This document shows, in pieces, positions 1 to 8,669 of a stretch of 64,000 nt of DNA. This DNA is from Clostridia bacterium (GTDB taxonomy: Bacteria; Bacillota; Clostridia; Oscillospirales; Acutalibacteraceae): positions 7,809 through 71,808 of the forward strand of contig JAFVBH010000001.1 in NCBI GenBank assembly GCA_017480115.1. Reading direction: 5' to 3'. Within the stretch, counting starts at the first letter, position 1; every line of letters begins with the position of its first letter. The position numbers were made by a program, and so were the translations under genes. The notes under the pieces were generated by a model. The model ran no database searches, had not been told where the DNA came from, and worked only from the letters and a program-made list of their open reading frames with translations.

Positions 1-911
1 ATGGCTTCATTTAACATAATCAACGCTTCCAGCAGACTATTTCTTGCTTTTACAGAGATGATTTTCAAGTCTGATTTTTTCTCTACTCGCTCTATCGAGC
101 TGATCCACATTGGAATCGTCAAAGTTAACCCGGTTACTTCTGCATCAGGGTCAAACTCCGGCGTTTTCTTGATCCCAGGTATATCATCATCCCTGTAGGC
201 ATTTTCGCCCCGGATTTCAGTTCTTGATCTTTTGTATTTGACTAATGTAGCTTGATCGTCCTCAATTCGTGCCCATACTTTCCGTATTTCGGCGGGGGTT
301 CTTTTGGATAGTTCAATGATATTCTCGTGCGAAATTTTATATTGCCCGGAAAAAATTCTTGGTAGCAGTTCAGGCGTCTTCTTCCTGATCTCTTCCAAAG
401 CCCTGGCGTAGATTCCATATTTCTGCACGGTTCCAATAGAGATATTGTTCTCTGTAGCAATTTTCGTCGCTGTGCGATGCCCCCAAGGATCAGAAGGACG
501 CCCTCGGCCTACCGGTTCGATGGCAGTTCTCTCGGTATATTGATTATGACCTCGTGCGTTTTTTCGGTTATTGGCTAATTTCTCGCTTGCATACTGTGTG
601 CCAATCAGATACTTCCGTGTTTCCTCAGAAATATTTTGTCTGGAAAGTTGGTGCGCACATATCCAAGCAATTACGGATTCCTCAAATTCGAGATCCAATA
701 TTGTAATCTCGAATGGAATTTTATGTTTCCAACAAATTTCATAACGATTGTGACCATCAACAATATACCCGTCCCATGTGACGATGGGTTCAGTACAGCC
801 GTCACGAAGAAGGTTTTCTTCCAGTTGTAGATATTCCTTTTTTGATATAGGGCGAATTAAATCCTTAAACTCCCGCTTTATTTTCAGTTCATACAATTTT
901 TTTGTTCCCAT
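1..911 (-). CDS. ParB/Srx-like nuclease-domain protein; C-terminus runs off the left window edge
   Basis: Absent from the ORF track because it is open at the edge. The reverse complement from ATG 911-909 reads MGTKKLYELKIKREFKDLIRPISKKEYLQLEENLLRDGCTEPIVTWDGYIVDGHNRYEICWKH... with no stop down to nt 3 (at least 303 codons). DGHNRY matches the ParB N-terminal DGHHR-type box. The ORF starts 3 nt after the 914-1309 ORF. Confidence 0.7.
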   Translation of the reverse strand, partial: MGTKKLYELKIKREFKDLIRPISKKEYLQLEENLLRDGCTEPIVTWDGYIVDGHNRYEICWKHKIPFEITILDLEFEESVIAWICAHQLSRQNISEETRKYLIGTQYASEKLANNRKNARGHNQYTERTAIEPVGRGRPSDPWGHRTATKIATENNISIGTVQKYGIYARALEEIRKKTPELLPRIFSGQYKISHENIIELSKRTPAEIRKVWARIEDDQATLVKYKRSRTEIRGENAYRDDDIPGIKKTPEFDPDAEVTGLTLTIPMWISSIERVEKKSDLKIISVKARNSLLEALIMLNEA

Positions 912-913
912 CG

Positions 914-1309
914 TCAGCAGCCCTCTTTGTTTTCAACCCTTTCCACTCTTTCTACACTTTGCAGGGAATAAATCGCAAGTTTTTCAGTTGGAAAGACCTG
1001 ACCGTATAGCCGATAAGAATAATCGGGAGATAAATTTGGAATCAATCCTCCGAGCAAGCTGATAAATGTTGCGCTATACAATTCATAACTCACATCCTGG
1101 TCCAGGAGTTTTTTCCTGACCCGATGCGTTTGATCGTCAGATTGTTCTTTGCTTACCCCCCGTATCGCCACCTGCGCGGTTTCGGGGCTAACCAAAAGCT
1201 GGATATAGTTCGGTGGCCCCATGGCTCTTAAGGTTGACTTTTGGATACGAATTCGCTCCTTTTTAATATCAAAGAGCAAAAAACAACTGTGGTTGGAAAG
1301 CTCTTTCAT
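914..1309 (-). CDS. hypothetical protein; third copy of the recombinase C-terminal-like module
   Basis: 131-aa ORF whose start overlaps the stop of the upstream ORF by 4 nt. IRIQKSTLRAMGPPNYIQLLVSPETAQVAIR...YSYRLYGQVF resembles by eye the module found in ORF 1306-2100 and in the recombinase tail. Confidence 0.55.
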   Translation of the reverse strand: MKELSNHSCFLLFDIKKERIRIQKSTLRAMGPPNYIQLLVSPETAQVAIRGVSKEQSDDQTHRVRKKLLDQDVSYELYSATFISLLGGLIPNLSPDYSYRLYGQVFPTEKLAIYSLQSVERVERVENKEGC

Positions 1310-2100
1310 ATCGTCTGTCCTCCGTCTCCAACAGGAGCCGCAGGCGCATCGATCATAAGCGGCGCAGAGTCATTTGTACCATTACTTGAATCGCTTTCGG
1401 TGGATCGAGGGGAGGGGTCTTTGAGTGAATAAACGGCGTATCCCTCAAAAGTGCTTATTTGGAGAGATTGCCGGTGTTCATTATACGGCAACCCAAATTG
1501 GTTTTTCCATGCTTCCGGGTAAACAGGTGTCCTGGACATTTTGGGCTTTTCGCCTTCTTTCACGGTACGTTCATAGACCTCAGTTGAAGTCAAATCAAAA
1601 ACAAGAAGATATTCCCCATTTGCATGGACGATTTTCCCCAGCATTTTATATCGATAATTCGGGTCCCAACCCATCATGGACACGATCTTAGCAAAGAAAA
1701 TTCGACAAGTGATTTGCTTTGCTTTGCGTTTCCCTTTATCGTTTGGCGTACTGCACCACTGAAAAGAATCACGATCAAATTCACTACACGGCCGGAGCGC
1801 GAGAATCCTTGCGTTTCTGTCAATCATGACCTGCACATAGGTCGTATTAGGAAATTTGGAAATGCACGCAGCGTTGACATAAAACTTACATTGATTAAAT
1901 GTTACCGATGGCTCATAAATATGGGCAAAAAACTCACGACGGACAACCTGAAAGCTGTCCAAATTTAATTCTTCCTCTGCTTCATAAATCGTATCACCAT
2001 CATTCAGAATCGGATTATTTTCTACATTCGATACGGATTCAGTGGTTACCGTAACCGGTGCGGTTGGAACAATAGTTGGGGATGTAATATAGTTATCCAT
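1306..2100 (-). CDS. hypothetical protein paralogous to the C-terminal module of the adjacent serine recombinase
   Basis: 264 aa. FQVVRREFF..VTFNQCKFYVNAACISKF..VMIDRNARILALRP..MMGWDPNYRYKMLG..LVFDLTSTEV is collinear with the recombinase segment FEITRSEFF..VTFEDKKIKFNTPCVRKF..LMINPITQQFAVRP..LFGWDRACKYQIIG..YIFDVKNAEV. Overlaps the recombinase stop by 8 nt. Confidence 0.7.
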   Translation of the reverse strand: MDNYITSPTIVPTAPVTVTTESVSNVENNPILNDGDTIYEAEEELNLDSFQVVRREFFAHIYEPSVTFNQCKFYVNAACISKFPNTTYVQVMIDRNARILALRPCSEFDRDSFQWCSTPNDKGKRKAKQITCRIFFAKIVSMMGWDPNYRYKMLGKIVHANGEYLLVFDLTSTEVYERTVKEGEKPKMSRTPVYPEAWKNQFGLPYNEHRQSLQISTFEGYAVYSLKDPSPRSTESDSSNGTNDSAPLMIDAPAAPVGDGGQTI

Positions 2101-3997
2101 GTTTTACCTCCATCATTGGCGTAAATAAGTCGCCTAATTCTTGTTTTATATAACTACTCAGTTCTTCATAGCTGGTAACATTTAACCGTTTTCCTGTTTC
2201 AAACAAACGCCCATTCAAACGCAATGACCATTCTTTTTCACTTTGGCGTGCAAGTTCGGTCATGGTAAGTTCGTGGAGATAAAACTGTTCTCCAAAAGTA
2301 TGAGTCCATTCGCTCGGAATACCTCTGACACGCTTTCCAATGGGGGTTAAATGATGGACACGGTTATTATCGCTACAACCACCATTTTCGGGACTAAGCA
2401 TATATGGCTTAACGCATACTTCCGCATTTTTCACATCGAAGATATACGCAAATTCATCTCCGCTCTCAACAAGAAAGCCAATAATCTGATACTTACACGC
2501 TCGATCCCAACCAAAGAGGGAAAATAACGTATCGCTGAACGCGGCGGTGGGTACTGTTTTGGGAACATATTGTCCATTCACACTTTTGGAAATTACCACT
2601 TTGCTCCTTGAGTTTTCGGTGGCAGGTCTGACAGCAAATTGCTGCGTTATGGGATTAATCATCAGTTCAACTTCATTTTTTGCACCAAATTTTCTGACAC
2701 AAGGAGTGTTGAATTTGATTTTTTTATCCTCAAATGTGACTTGCGCTCGTATCCGAAAATCAAAAAATTCAGAGCGTGTTATTTCAAAATCGCGCAGATC
2801 AAAATCCCCCGCATTGACGGTGTATTCCGTCGGTACTTGATCCACTATGATTTCTCCGGTCGTGTCATCAAAAATATACACACTTTGCGCAGCCGCATAG
2901 TAATCTTTTTCTTTAAATGCTGACCACCTTGTATTAATCGTCACAAAACCTTTAAGAATACCGCTTTCAACGACGCGAAGTTCCGGCAGCATTGCGTGGT
3001 GGCGAAAACGTGCATTGTTCAATAATTGTTGAACGGCGAGGTAATCATCCCGCGAAACGATGCGCTCGTGATGATCCAAGTACGTCGTTTGCGGTTTTAC
3101 CCCGTCATTCGGAACAGTTTTATGAGTTGTATAACTGACGGTATACGTCTTTCGGGTAAGAACATCTCCGCAATGGCGCTCGTTTCGTAAAATACCGATA
3201 ACCGTGCTTGATGTCCATTTCACGTTTCCCAAATAGGATTGCCGACCAAGTTTATTCAGGAGTTCTGCAATCTGAGGTGTCGAATATCCGTAAAGATACA
3301 TAAAGAATATGAGTTTTACCGTAGGAGCTTCTTCATGATTGACCGTAAGTTTTCCGTTCTCATCTTTATAATATCCGAGTAATTCGGGCGTCAGAGGTAA
3401 GCCGTGATCGAGTCGCATCCGCAAAGAACTCTCCATGCTTCGGCTTCGTGTATGCGATTCCTCTTCAGCCATCGTCGCTTGGAAAGACAGTGCCATACTG
3501 GAATCCTCATTCAGCGAAAAAATCGCTTCTGACTCAAAGAAGACTCCGACCTGAGGTCGACGTTCCGCAAGATCTCGGACGATGCTAATAAAATCTACAA
3601 CATTTCTTGCAAATCGGGACACGCTCTTCGTTATAACAATATCGATTTTACCAGCTTTGCAATCCGCTATCATACGTTGGAAATTGTCTCTATGCCGCAG
3701 CGAAGTTCCGCTGATGCCTTCGTCTGCGTAGATATCGACCAGCGTCCAATTTTCGTGCCGATTGACATATTCCTCATAATAAATTTTCTGTAACTCATAT
3801 GAGGTTGTCTGCCGAACATCGTCTGTTGAGACCCGCACATATATACCAACCCGCTTTGGTGAGGTGTTATCGTAAAAGTCAGCCGGCTTGCGTCCAGGTG
3901 TATGCAGCACCTTATCAGGATCAAGGGTGACTTGCATTCTCTGACGCGTCTGTTCTTTTTTCCGTTGTATCTCTTCACGCCGTTCTTTGTCTATCAT
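2093..3997 (-). CDS. large serine recombinase (resolvase/invertase catalytic domain plus recombinase domain)
   Basis: 634 aa. Catalytic box VGIYVRVSTDDVRQ, DEGISGTS, ITKSVSRFARN, followed by the recombinase-domain stretch GLPLTPELLGYY...TVKLIFFMYLYGYSTPQIAELLN...VIGILRNERHCGD. Confidence 0.95.
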   Translation of the reverse strand: MIDKERREEIQRKKEQTRQRMQVTLDPDKVLHTPGRKPADFYDNTSPKRVGIYVRVSTDDVRQTTSYELQKIYYEEYVNRHENWTLVDIYADEGISGTSLRHRDNFQRMIADCKAGKIDIVITKSVSRFARNVVDFISIVRDLAERRPQVGVFFESEAIFSLNEDSSMALSFQATMAEEESHTRSRSMESSLRMRLDHGLPLTPELLGYYKDENGKLTVNHEEAPTVKLIFFMYLYGYSTPQIAELLNKLGRQSYLGNVKWTSSTVIGILRNERHCGDVLTRKTYTVSYTTHKTVPNDGVKPQTTYLDHHERIVSRDDYLAVQQLLNNARFRHHAMLPELRVVESGILKGFVTINTRWSAFKEKDYYAAAQSVYIFDDTTGEIIVDQVPTEYTVNAGDFDLRDFEITRSEFFDFRIRAQVTFEDKKIKFNTPCVRKFGAKNEVELMINPITQQFAVRPATENSRSKVVISKSVNGQYVPKTVPTAAFSDTLFSLFGWDRACKYQIIGFLVESGDEFAYIFDVKNAEVCVKPYMLSPENGGCSDNNRVHHLTPIGKRVRGIPSEWTHTFGEQFYLHELTMTELARQSEKEWSLRLNGRLFETGKRLNVTSYEELSSYIKQELGDLFTPMMEVKHG

Positions 3998-4602
3998 TCA
4001 GTTCCACCTCCTTCCCCGGCCTCAAGCATTACTCTGTCTTCTGGATGAATCAGCCCTTCCGGCGGGAGAAATGCTTTGTACTTCATATCGGAAAGGTGAT
4101 ACGAAGCGAGTGTATAAATATCTTCGGAAACAAAATAAATCCCGATTGGAGGATTATGGGCGGCGAGAACACTTGCACAGATCGTCATCTCTTCAACTTT
4201 TTTTGACACATTGGATACCTTCTGCGTAATAATCAGATCAACTTTACCTTCCATGCAATCGTTTAATAGTTTGCACCATTCGGGAGCGGATTCCATATTC
4301 GGAGCTACTGCGCCTTCATCGATATAAAAGTCAACCAAGGTCCAAGCCGGACAGGAGCTGATACGATCAAGAAATTCTTGCATATGAAAATCCAGGTAAT
4401 TATCGTATTTGGTCTGATTGTAAAAACGAATGTACACACCGACCTTGAATGAATAATTTGGATCGGGTTCCTCACGGGGAACGGTTTTCATGTATTCCCT
4501 GTGTTCTGCGATCCTGTTTGCCTTTGGATTCGTGATTATAGACGATTGGTAAACAGGAACCGTTGATAGTTCCATAGGCTGTTGCGCATTGTTTTCTTCC
4601 AT
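3994..4602 (-). CDS. resolvase-domain-like protein lacking the catalytic serine (probably non-catalytic)
   Basis: 202 aa. VGVYIRFYNQTKYD / DEGAVAPN / ITQKVSNVSKK aligns with the active neighbour's VGIYVRVSTDDVRQ / DEGISGTS / ITKSVSRFARN. Ser is replaced by Tyr and the SRxxR arginines are lost. Overlaps the recombinase start by 4 nt. Confidence 0.7.
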   Translation of the reverse strand: MEENNAQQPMELSTVPVYQSSIITNPKANRIAEHREYMKTVPREEPDPNYSFKVGVYIRFYNQTKYDNYLDFHMQEFLDRISSCPAWTLVDFYIDEGAVAPNMESAPEWCKLLNDCMEGKVDLIITQKVSNVSKKVEEMTICASVLAAHNPPIGIYFVSEDIYTLASYHLSDMKYKAFLPPEGLIHPEDRVMLEAGEGGGTE

Positions 4603-4663
4603 GCAAAAATCTCCTTTGCCGTTCTATGTGAAAATAAGTATAAACACATTTCCGGGCAAAAGG

Positions 4664-4702
4664 AATAAACCGCCGGTCAACTACTTGACCCACGGTTTAT
4701 AT
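4664..4702. repeat. copy 1 of a roughly 39-bp hairpin-forming direct repeat flanking the XRE cassette
   Basis: AATAAACCGCCGGTCAACTACTTGACCCACGGTTTATAT compared with AATAAACCGGCGGTCAACGAATTCACCGTAGGTTTATAG at 5630-5668. Outer arms ATAAACC/GGTTTAT can pair. Confidence 0.6.
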
Positions 4703-4726
4703 CTGACAAAAAAATTAAAATTTTCT

Positions 4727-4757
4727 GCAAAAAACAACGGGGGCAATTAACCCCCGT
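4727..4757 (-). terminator. intrinsic terminator after the minus-strand XRE gene
   Basis: The minus strand reads ACGGGGG-TTAATTG-CCCCCGT followed by TGTTTTTT. Confidence 0.7.
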
Positions 4758-4768
4758 GTAAAAATCGC

Positions 4769-5140
4769 TTATGAAATTTCCGTTTTTTTCACTTCCCGCA
4801 CGATACGGGTTATGAACTCAATCTGAGCGGGTGTGCATCCCTCTAACAAATCGCTGAACTCCTTTTTGTAATATTCAACAGTTTGCGGGATATGCGGGCG
4901 GATAAGATTATCCGTCGGCGTTTCAAGCGCCTCAACAATTCTGTATAGCGTGGAAATACGCAGTTCTTTGTTTCCTCTTTCAATTTCGCTTACATGAGAG
5001 GTGGATAACTGAGCTTTATCAGCAAGTTGCTCTTGGCTCATCCCTTTCTTTATTCGAGTGTTTCTGATGCGCTCCCCAATTTCTTTATAAAATGCGGCGT
5101 ACTCGGTTTTTATGATCTCCACCTCCAAGCAAAAATACAC
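4769..5140 (-). CDS. XRE-family helix-turn-helix transcriptional regulator (start codon uncertain)
   Basis: IGERIRNTRIKKGMSQEQLADKAQLSTSHVSEIERGNKELRISTLYRIVEAL is a classic Cro/CI-type HTH. The GTG at 5140 lies only 5 nt from an extended -10. The GGAGG at 5126-5122 is followed in frame only by ATC/ATA. Confidence 0.85.
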   Translation of the reverse strand: MYFCLEVEIIKTEYAAFYKEIGERIRNTRIKKGMSQEQLADKAQLSTSHVSEIERGNKELRISTLYRIVEALETPTDNLIRPHIPQTVEYYKKEFSDLLEGCTPAQIEFITRIVREVKKTEIS

Positions 5141-5144
5141 GATT

Positions 5145-5209
5145 ATTATAACAAATCGAAAAAAAAATTACATATACGATAGCTATAAACTACGCCTATC
5201 GTATATAAT
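5145..5209. promoter_or_regulatory. divergent promoter/operator region of the XRE pair
   Basis: Perfect 11-bp inverted repeat ATATACGATAG (5172-5182) / CTATCGTATAT (5196-5206) with a 13-nt spacer. TATAAT at 5204-5209 faces the plus gene. TGTTATAAT (reverse complement of 5145-5153) faces the minus gene. Confidence 0.55.
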
Positions 5210-5243
5210 AGTGCCATAAAATTTTTAGGAGGTATTAAATAAT

Positions 5244-5603
5244 ATGGCACTCAACAAAGCATTGATCGGGAACAGAATCAGCGAGCTCAGAAAGAAGCGG
5301 GGACTGTCGCAACAATTACTTTCAGAAATGGTAGACATCAGCCTCTCCTCTATGAGCTATATAGAAACAGGCACAAAAGGGATGAGCCTCGAAACCTTTG
5401 TGGCGATGGCGAATGCACTGAATGTGTCTGCCGATGAATTGTTGCTCGATGTATTGACAAACACGGTCAGGGTTTCAAACCACGCATTTGCGTCTTTACT
5501 TTCTGATGCAAGCGAATATGAGAAAAGAGTAATGCTCGACGTCGCGGCCTCTACAAAAACCGCACTCAGAAAGCACAAAGCATATTTATTAAATCACAAA
5601 TAA
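5244..5603 (+). CDS. XRE-family helix-turn-helix transcriptional regulator
   Basis: IGNRISELRKKRGLSQQLLSEMVDISLSSMSYIETGTKGMSLETFVAMANAL. AGGAGG at 5227-5232. Confidence 0.9.
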   Translation: MALNKALIGNRISELRKKRGLSQQLLSEMVDISLSSMSYIETGTKGMSLETFVAMANALNVSADELLLDVLTNTVRVSNHAFASLLSDASEYEKRVMLDVAASTKTALRKHKAYLLNHK

Positions 5604-5629
5604 GTCTACCGCATTTTTTTGAGAATTAC

Positions 5630-5668
5630 AATAAACCGGCGGTCAACGAATTCACCGTAGGTTTATAG
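5630..5668. repeat. copy 2 of the roughly 39-bp direct repeat flanking the XRE cassette
   Basis: About 31 of 40 positions are identical to 4664-4702, in the same orientation. Confidence 0.6.
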
Positions 5669-5834
5669 CTTATCAAGTAGCGAAAATGAGTTGCATATTT
5701 GCAGCTCTGGGAGACTTTGTCCTGTTAAAGTGGAATCGGTTATAATTTTGCCCACTCGCAACACGTTTTTCGGAAAAACGAGATTTTTTCGGCAAGACCA
5801 TATATAATCAAAAATCGAAAAGGAGCATACAAAA

Positions 5835-6521
5835 ATGATCTATTACACAGGGGACATTCACGGTCAACCTCATAAAATCGTGAATTTCTGCGACAAGTAT
5901 AGTCTCACGGAAGAAGATGTTATTGTAATTCTTGGAGACGTTGGCGCAAATTATTATGGGGACGAGCGTGACAACAGATTAAAAAAAGCTCTTGCGAAGC
6001 TACCACCTACGATCTTCTGCATTCATGGAAATCATGAGCGCAGACCTTATACTGTATACGGATATAAAGAAATCGAATGGCACGGCGGCATGGTTTGGCA
6101 ACAGGAGCAATATCCGAGGCTTTTGTTCGCCAACGATGGTGATATTTATGATTTGGACGGGCGTTCAACTATTGTGATAGGCGGTGCCTATTCTGTGGAT
6201 AAATATTACCGGTTGGCAAGAGGAATTTCCTGGTTTTCCGATGAACAGCCCTCTGAAGACACAAAGAGAAAAATTGAAAATGTTCTCGCAGAGCGCAACT
6301 GGACGATAGACCAAGTCTTATCGCACACTTGCCCCATAAAATACACGCCGACAGAGGCTTTTATGCCTTCTGTGAACCAGGCGCTTGTAGACAAAACTAC
6401 AGAGGAATGGCTTGATTCTATTGAGGACAAGCTGACTTACAACCGATGGTTTTGCGGACATTGGCATATCGACAAAACAATCGATGGACTATATTTTTTA
6501 ATGGATGGTTTTATAACATGA
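5835..6521 (+). CDS. metallophosphoesterase (calcineurin-like) no. 1
   Basis: MIYYTGDIHGQ ... VIVILGDVGANY ... FCIHGNHERRP ... GHWH motif series. Confidence 0.85.
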   Translation: MIYYTGDIHGQPHKIVNFCDKYSLTEEDVIVILGDVGANYYGDERDNRLKKALAKLPPTIFCIHGNHERRPYTVYGYKEIEWHGGMVWQQEQYPRLLFANDGDIYDLDGRSTIVIGGAYSVDKYYRLARGISWFSDEQPSEDTKRKIENVLAERNWTIDQVLSHTCPIKYTPTEAFMPSVNQALVDKTTEEWLDSIEDKLTYNRWFCGHWHIDKTIDGLYFLMDGFIT

Positions 6522-7156
6522 GGAATAATGCAAAAACAAAACATTACCTGTTGTTTTTAGACGACCCAGCACTTCCAGGCTTTGTTTCCGGCAGCAAAAT
6601 GTATATTGGGACCGAGGACGATTTGCTCCTGTTCGCGCAAAGACTAAATGAGAACAATGCTTACCCGGAGACAGCCTCAAAAATACAATCCTACTTTACA
6701 GGAGATCGAAATGCAGTACATAGGATTGCATATCAAGTTCTTCCGATTCTTGTGCCTCTAACGATCCTGGACCATTCGCATATCATTCAGAATGCTTATG
6801 AATGGAATCATATTAATACTTGGGGATTCCCTTATCGTATGGGATTCTCTAAGGCAGTATTTTCACAAATCGCCTTTCTTTATGATAAAAAGTATTACCG
6901 CTGTGTGCGGGCGATAATATCAGATCTGTATTATCTATCGGAAGACGGAAAACGAAATGATCTCAAGGATGGCTTCTGGGGAAACCGATGGAATTTTGAT
7001 GTCCGTTCAATGCAGCAAGGTGGATTTGAAATACGAAATCTGCTATATGTTGTGGAGGACGTCCATACATCCCAAACGGCTGCGACGGATCTACTCCACT
7101 CCACCGACCATATCAATCTTAAAGAATTTTGCGATGATATTTTTGCAGACGGATAA
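6518..7156 (+). CDS. hypothetical protein
   Basis: ATG at 6518 overlaps the upstream stop (ATGA). The 6446 start in the track would overlap the previous gene by 76 nt. No motif recognised. Confidence 0.6.
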   Translation: MRNNAKTKHYLLFLDDPALPGFVSGSKMYIGTEDDLLLFAQRLNENNAYPETASKIQSYFTGDRNAVHRIAYQVLPILVPLTILDHSHIIQNAYEWNHINTWGFPYRMGFSKAVFSQIAFLYDKKYYRCVRAIISDLYYLSEDGKRNDLKDGFWGNRWNFDVRSMQQGGFEIRNLLYVVEDVHTSQTAATDLLHSTDHINLKEFCDDIFADG

Positions 7157-7167
7157 GCGGAGGTAAT

Positions 7168-7626
7168 ATGAGTACGAATTACTATTACTTTACAAAAAAC
7201 AAGGAAGCCATCTATAACTTTTTCGGTAGGACTTTTTCTCTTGTGGATGTTCCTGAATTTGGATATGAAATCCACGTTGCAAAAGTTAGCTGCGGTTGGA
7301 TTCCATTGTTTCAAGCCCATGAGAAATGCAGATCGGTCGAACAACTGAAAAAAGCATATGACAGCGGCGAGTTTCGCATCATTGATGAGTACCTCGAAGA
7401 ATTGTCATGGGAGGGATTCACCAAAGAGGTTCTCTGCCACAACGGTGGCGTAGACGGTGCGATTCCCAAAACGCCTGTTGAAACGAATCCACATAGCCCA
7501 TATCACGATGAGAATATGCCGGAGCATATTCCTGTCAGCCACTTTGAATACGCGAATGGTCTGTACGCACATCATTACTTTAAGGACGAGCAAGGATATG
7601 AATTTACAAGAGAGGATTTTGTGTAA
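7168..7626 (+). CDS. hypothetical protein
   Basis: 152-aa ORF 11 nt after the previous stop, same operon. No motif recognised. Confidence 0.6.
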   Translation: MSTNYYYFTKNKEAIYNFFGRTFSLVDVPEFGYEIHVAKVSCGWIPLFQAHEKCRSVEQLKKAYDSGEFRIIDEYLEELSWEGFTKEVLCHNGGVDGAIPKTPVETNPHSPYHDENMPEHIPVSHFEYANGLYAHHYFKDEQGYEFTREDFV

Positions 7627-7690
7627 TGAATATTGATAGATCACTTGGCACCAAAAAATTTTTATGAAAATTTCGAGGAGGTGAAAGAAC

Positions 7691-8233
7691 ATGGATAACA
7701 GTTTCCAAAAAAGAGAATGGAGAGAAACCATAGCCCCTCAGTATCTTCACGAGCAGTTTGGGGTGTACCATGGTCAATGGATGCCACAGATGGATCGTTG
7801 TTGGATGTCGAATGATGGATTGCAAGTAACAAGCCGACTATTAATCACTCCGTGGGGAAAAGTTGAACACGCTGCAATCAGCATTATTCGTCACGATGGT
7901 TCATTATTTTCTGCAAATGGCGAAAGGGAAATACCATGGAGGATTAAGCAGGAAATCAAAAACGAGCTATTTGGTGAAAACCGCCTTGCAATCGAAGTTT
8001 TTCCGAAGCAGAAAAATCTTGTAGATCTTATGGATATCTATCACCTTTGGGTATTTCCAAAAGATTTTGATCTGCCGTTCGGCATTCATCCAACGCGGGA
8101 TGCACAGATGAAAGTTGTAAAGCGCGGCGTTCCCCAAAACACGTCACAACTCGTCGAGAACTTTAAGTGGGCACATCAGTTTATTTTGCCAGGACAGGAG
8201 GAAACGCACGATGAAATTGGACAATTTGCCTGA
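7691..8233 (+). CDS. hypothetical protein (phage-associated-looking, unnamed)
   Basis: 180 aa. GAGG upstream of the start. No assignable motif. Confidence 0.6.
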   Translation: MDNSFQKREWRETIAPQYLHEQFGVYHGQWMPQMDRCWMSNDGLQVTSRLLITPWGKVEHAAISIIRHDGSLFSANGEREIPWRIKQEIKNELFGENRLAIEVFPKQKNLVDLMDIYHLWVFPKDFDLPFGIHPTRDAQMKVVKRGVPQNTSQLVENFKWAHQFILPGQEETHDEIGQFA

Positions 8234-8669
8234 TTCGACAAAATTCCCAAGAATTACACGACAGGAATTCTGTAGCAATATGGATGACATCCTCTCTATA
8301 ATAAGCAAAGATAATACCGCTTATGTGATTACAGAAGAGAATAAAGACGACCTTATTTTGTGTCCTGCATCCTGGTTTGAGTTCCAGATTGACGATCAGT
8401 TTAATATGATGGTTATCTGCGCACTTCGATATGCCATCGGTAGAGCAACTTATATGCCGGCTGTTATCGATGGCTTCGTGCGAAGATATATGAAGGCACT
8501 GCGGACAAGAACGCTTCACAATATGCGTAAGGACATCAAAGAATGGCTTGATCGTTCAAACCTTGATCAGCGGGAGTTGTGGACAAGTCTTTATGCCGAA
8601 ATAGGCGAAGAAATATTAAATCGTGAAATGCCAGAAAAGAATTCAATACCGGACGGTGAATCAGAATGA
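8211..8669 (+). CDS. hypothetical protein; N-terminus faintly Phd/YefM-antitoxin-like
   Basis: 152 aa. ITRQEFCSNMDDILSIISKDNTAYVITEENKDDLILCPASWFE resembles the Phd/YefM beta-alpha pattern by eye only. Overlaps both neighbouring genes. Confidence 0.5.
   Translation: MKLDNLPDSTKFPRITRQEFCSNMDDILSIISKDNTAYVITEENKDDLILCPASWFEFQIDDQFNMMVICALRYAIGRATYMPAVIDGFVRRYMKALRTRTLHNMRKDIKEWLDRSNLDQRELWTSLYAEIGEEILNREMPEKNSIPDGESE

Noticed and set aside
6446-6517. Upstream extension of ORF 6518-7156 (track start 6446)
   Set aside because: It would overlap the phosphoesterase gene by 76 nt. The ATGA junction at 6518 is the usual coupled arrangement in this operon.
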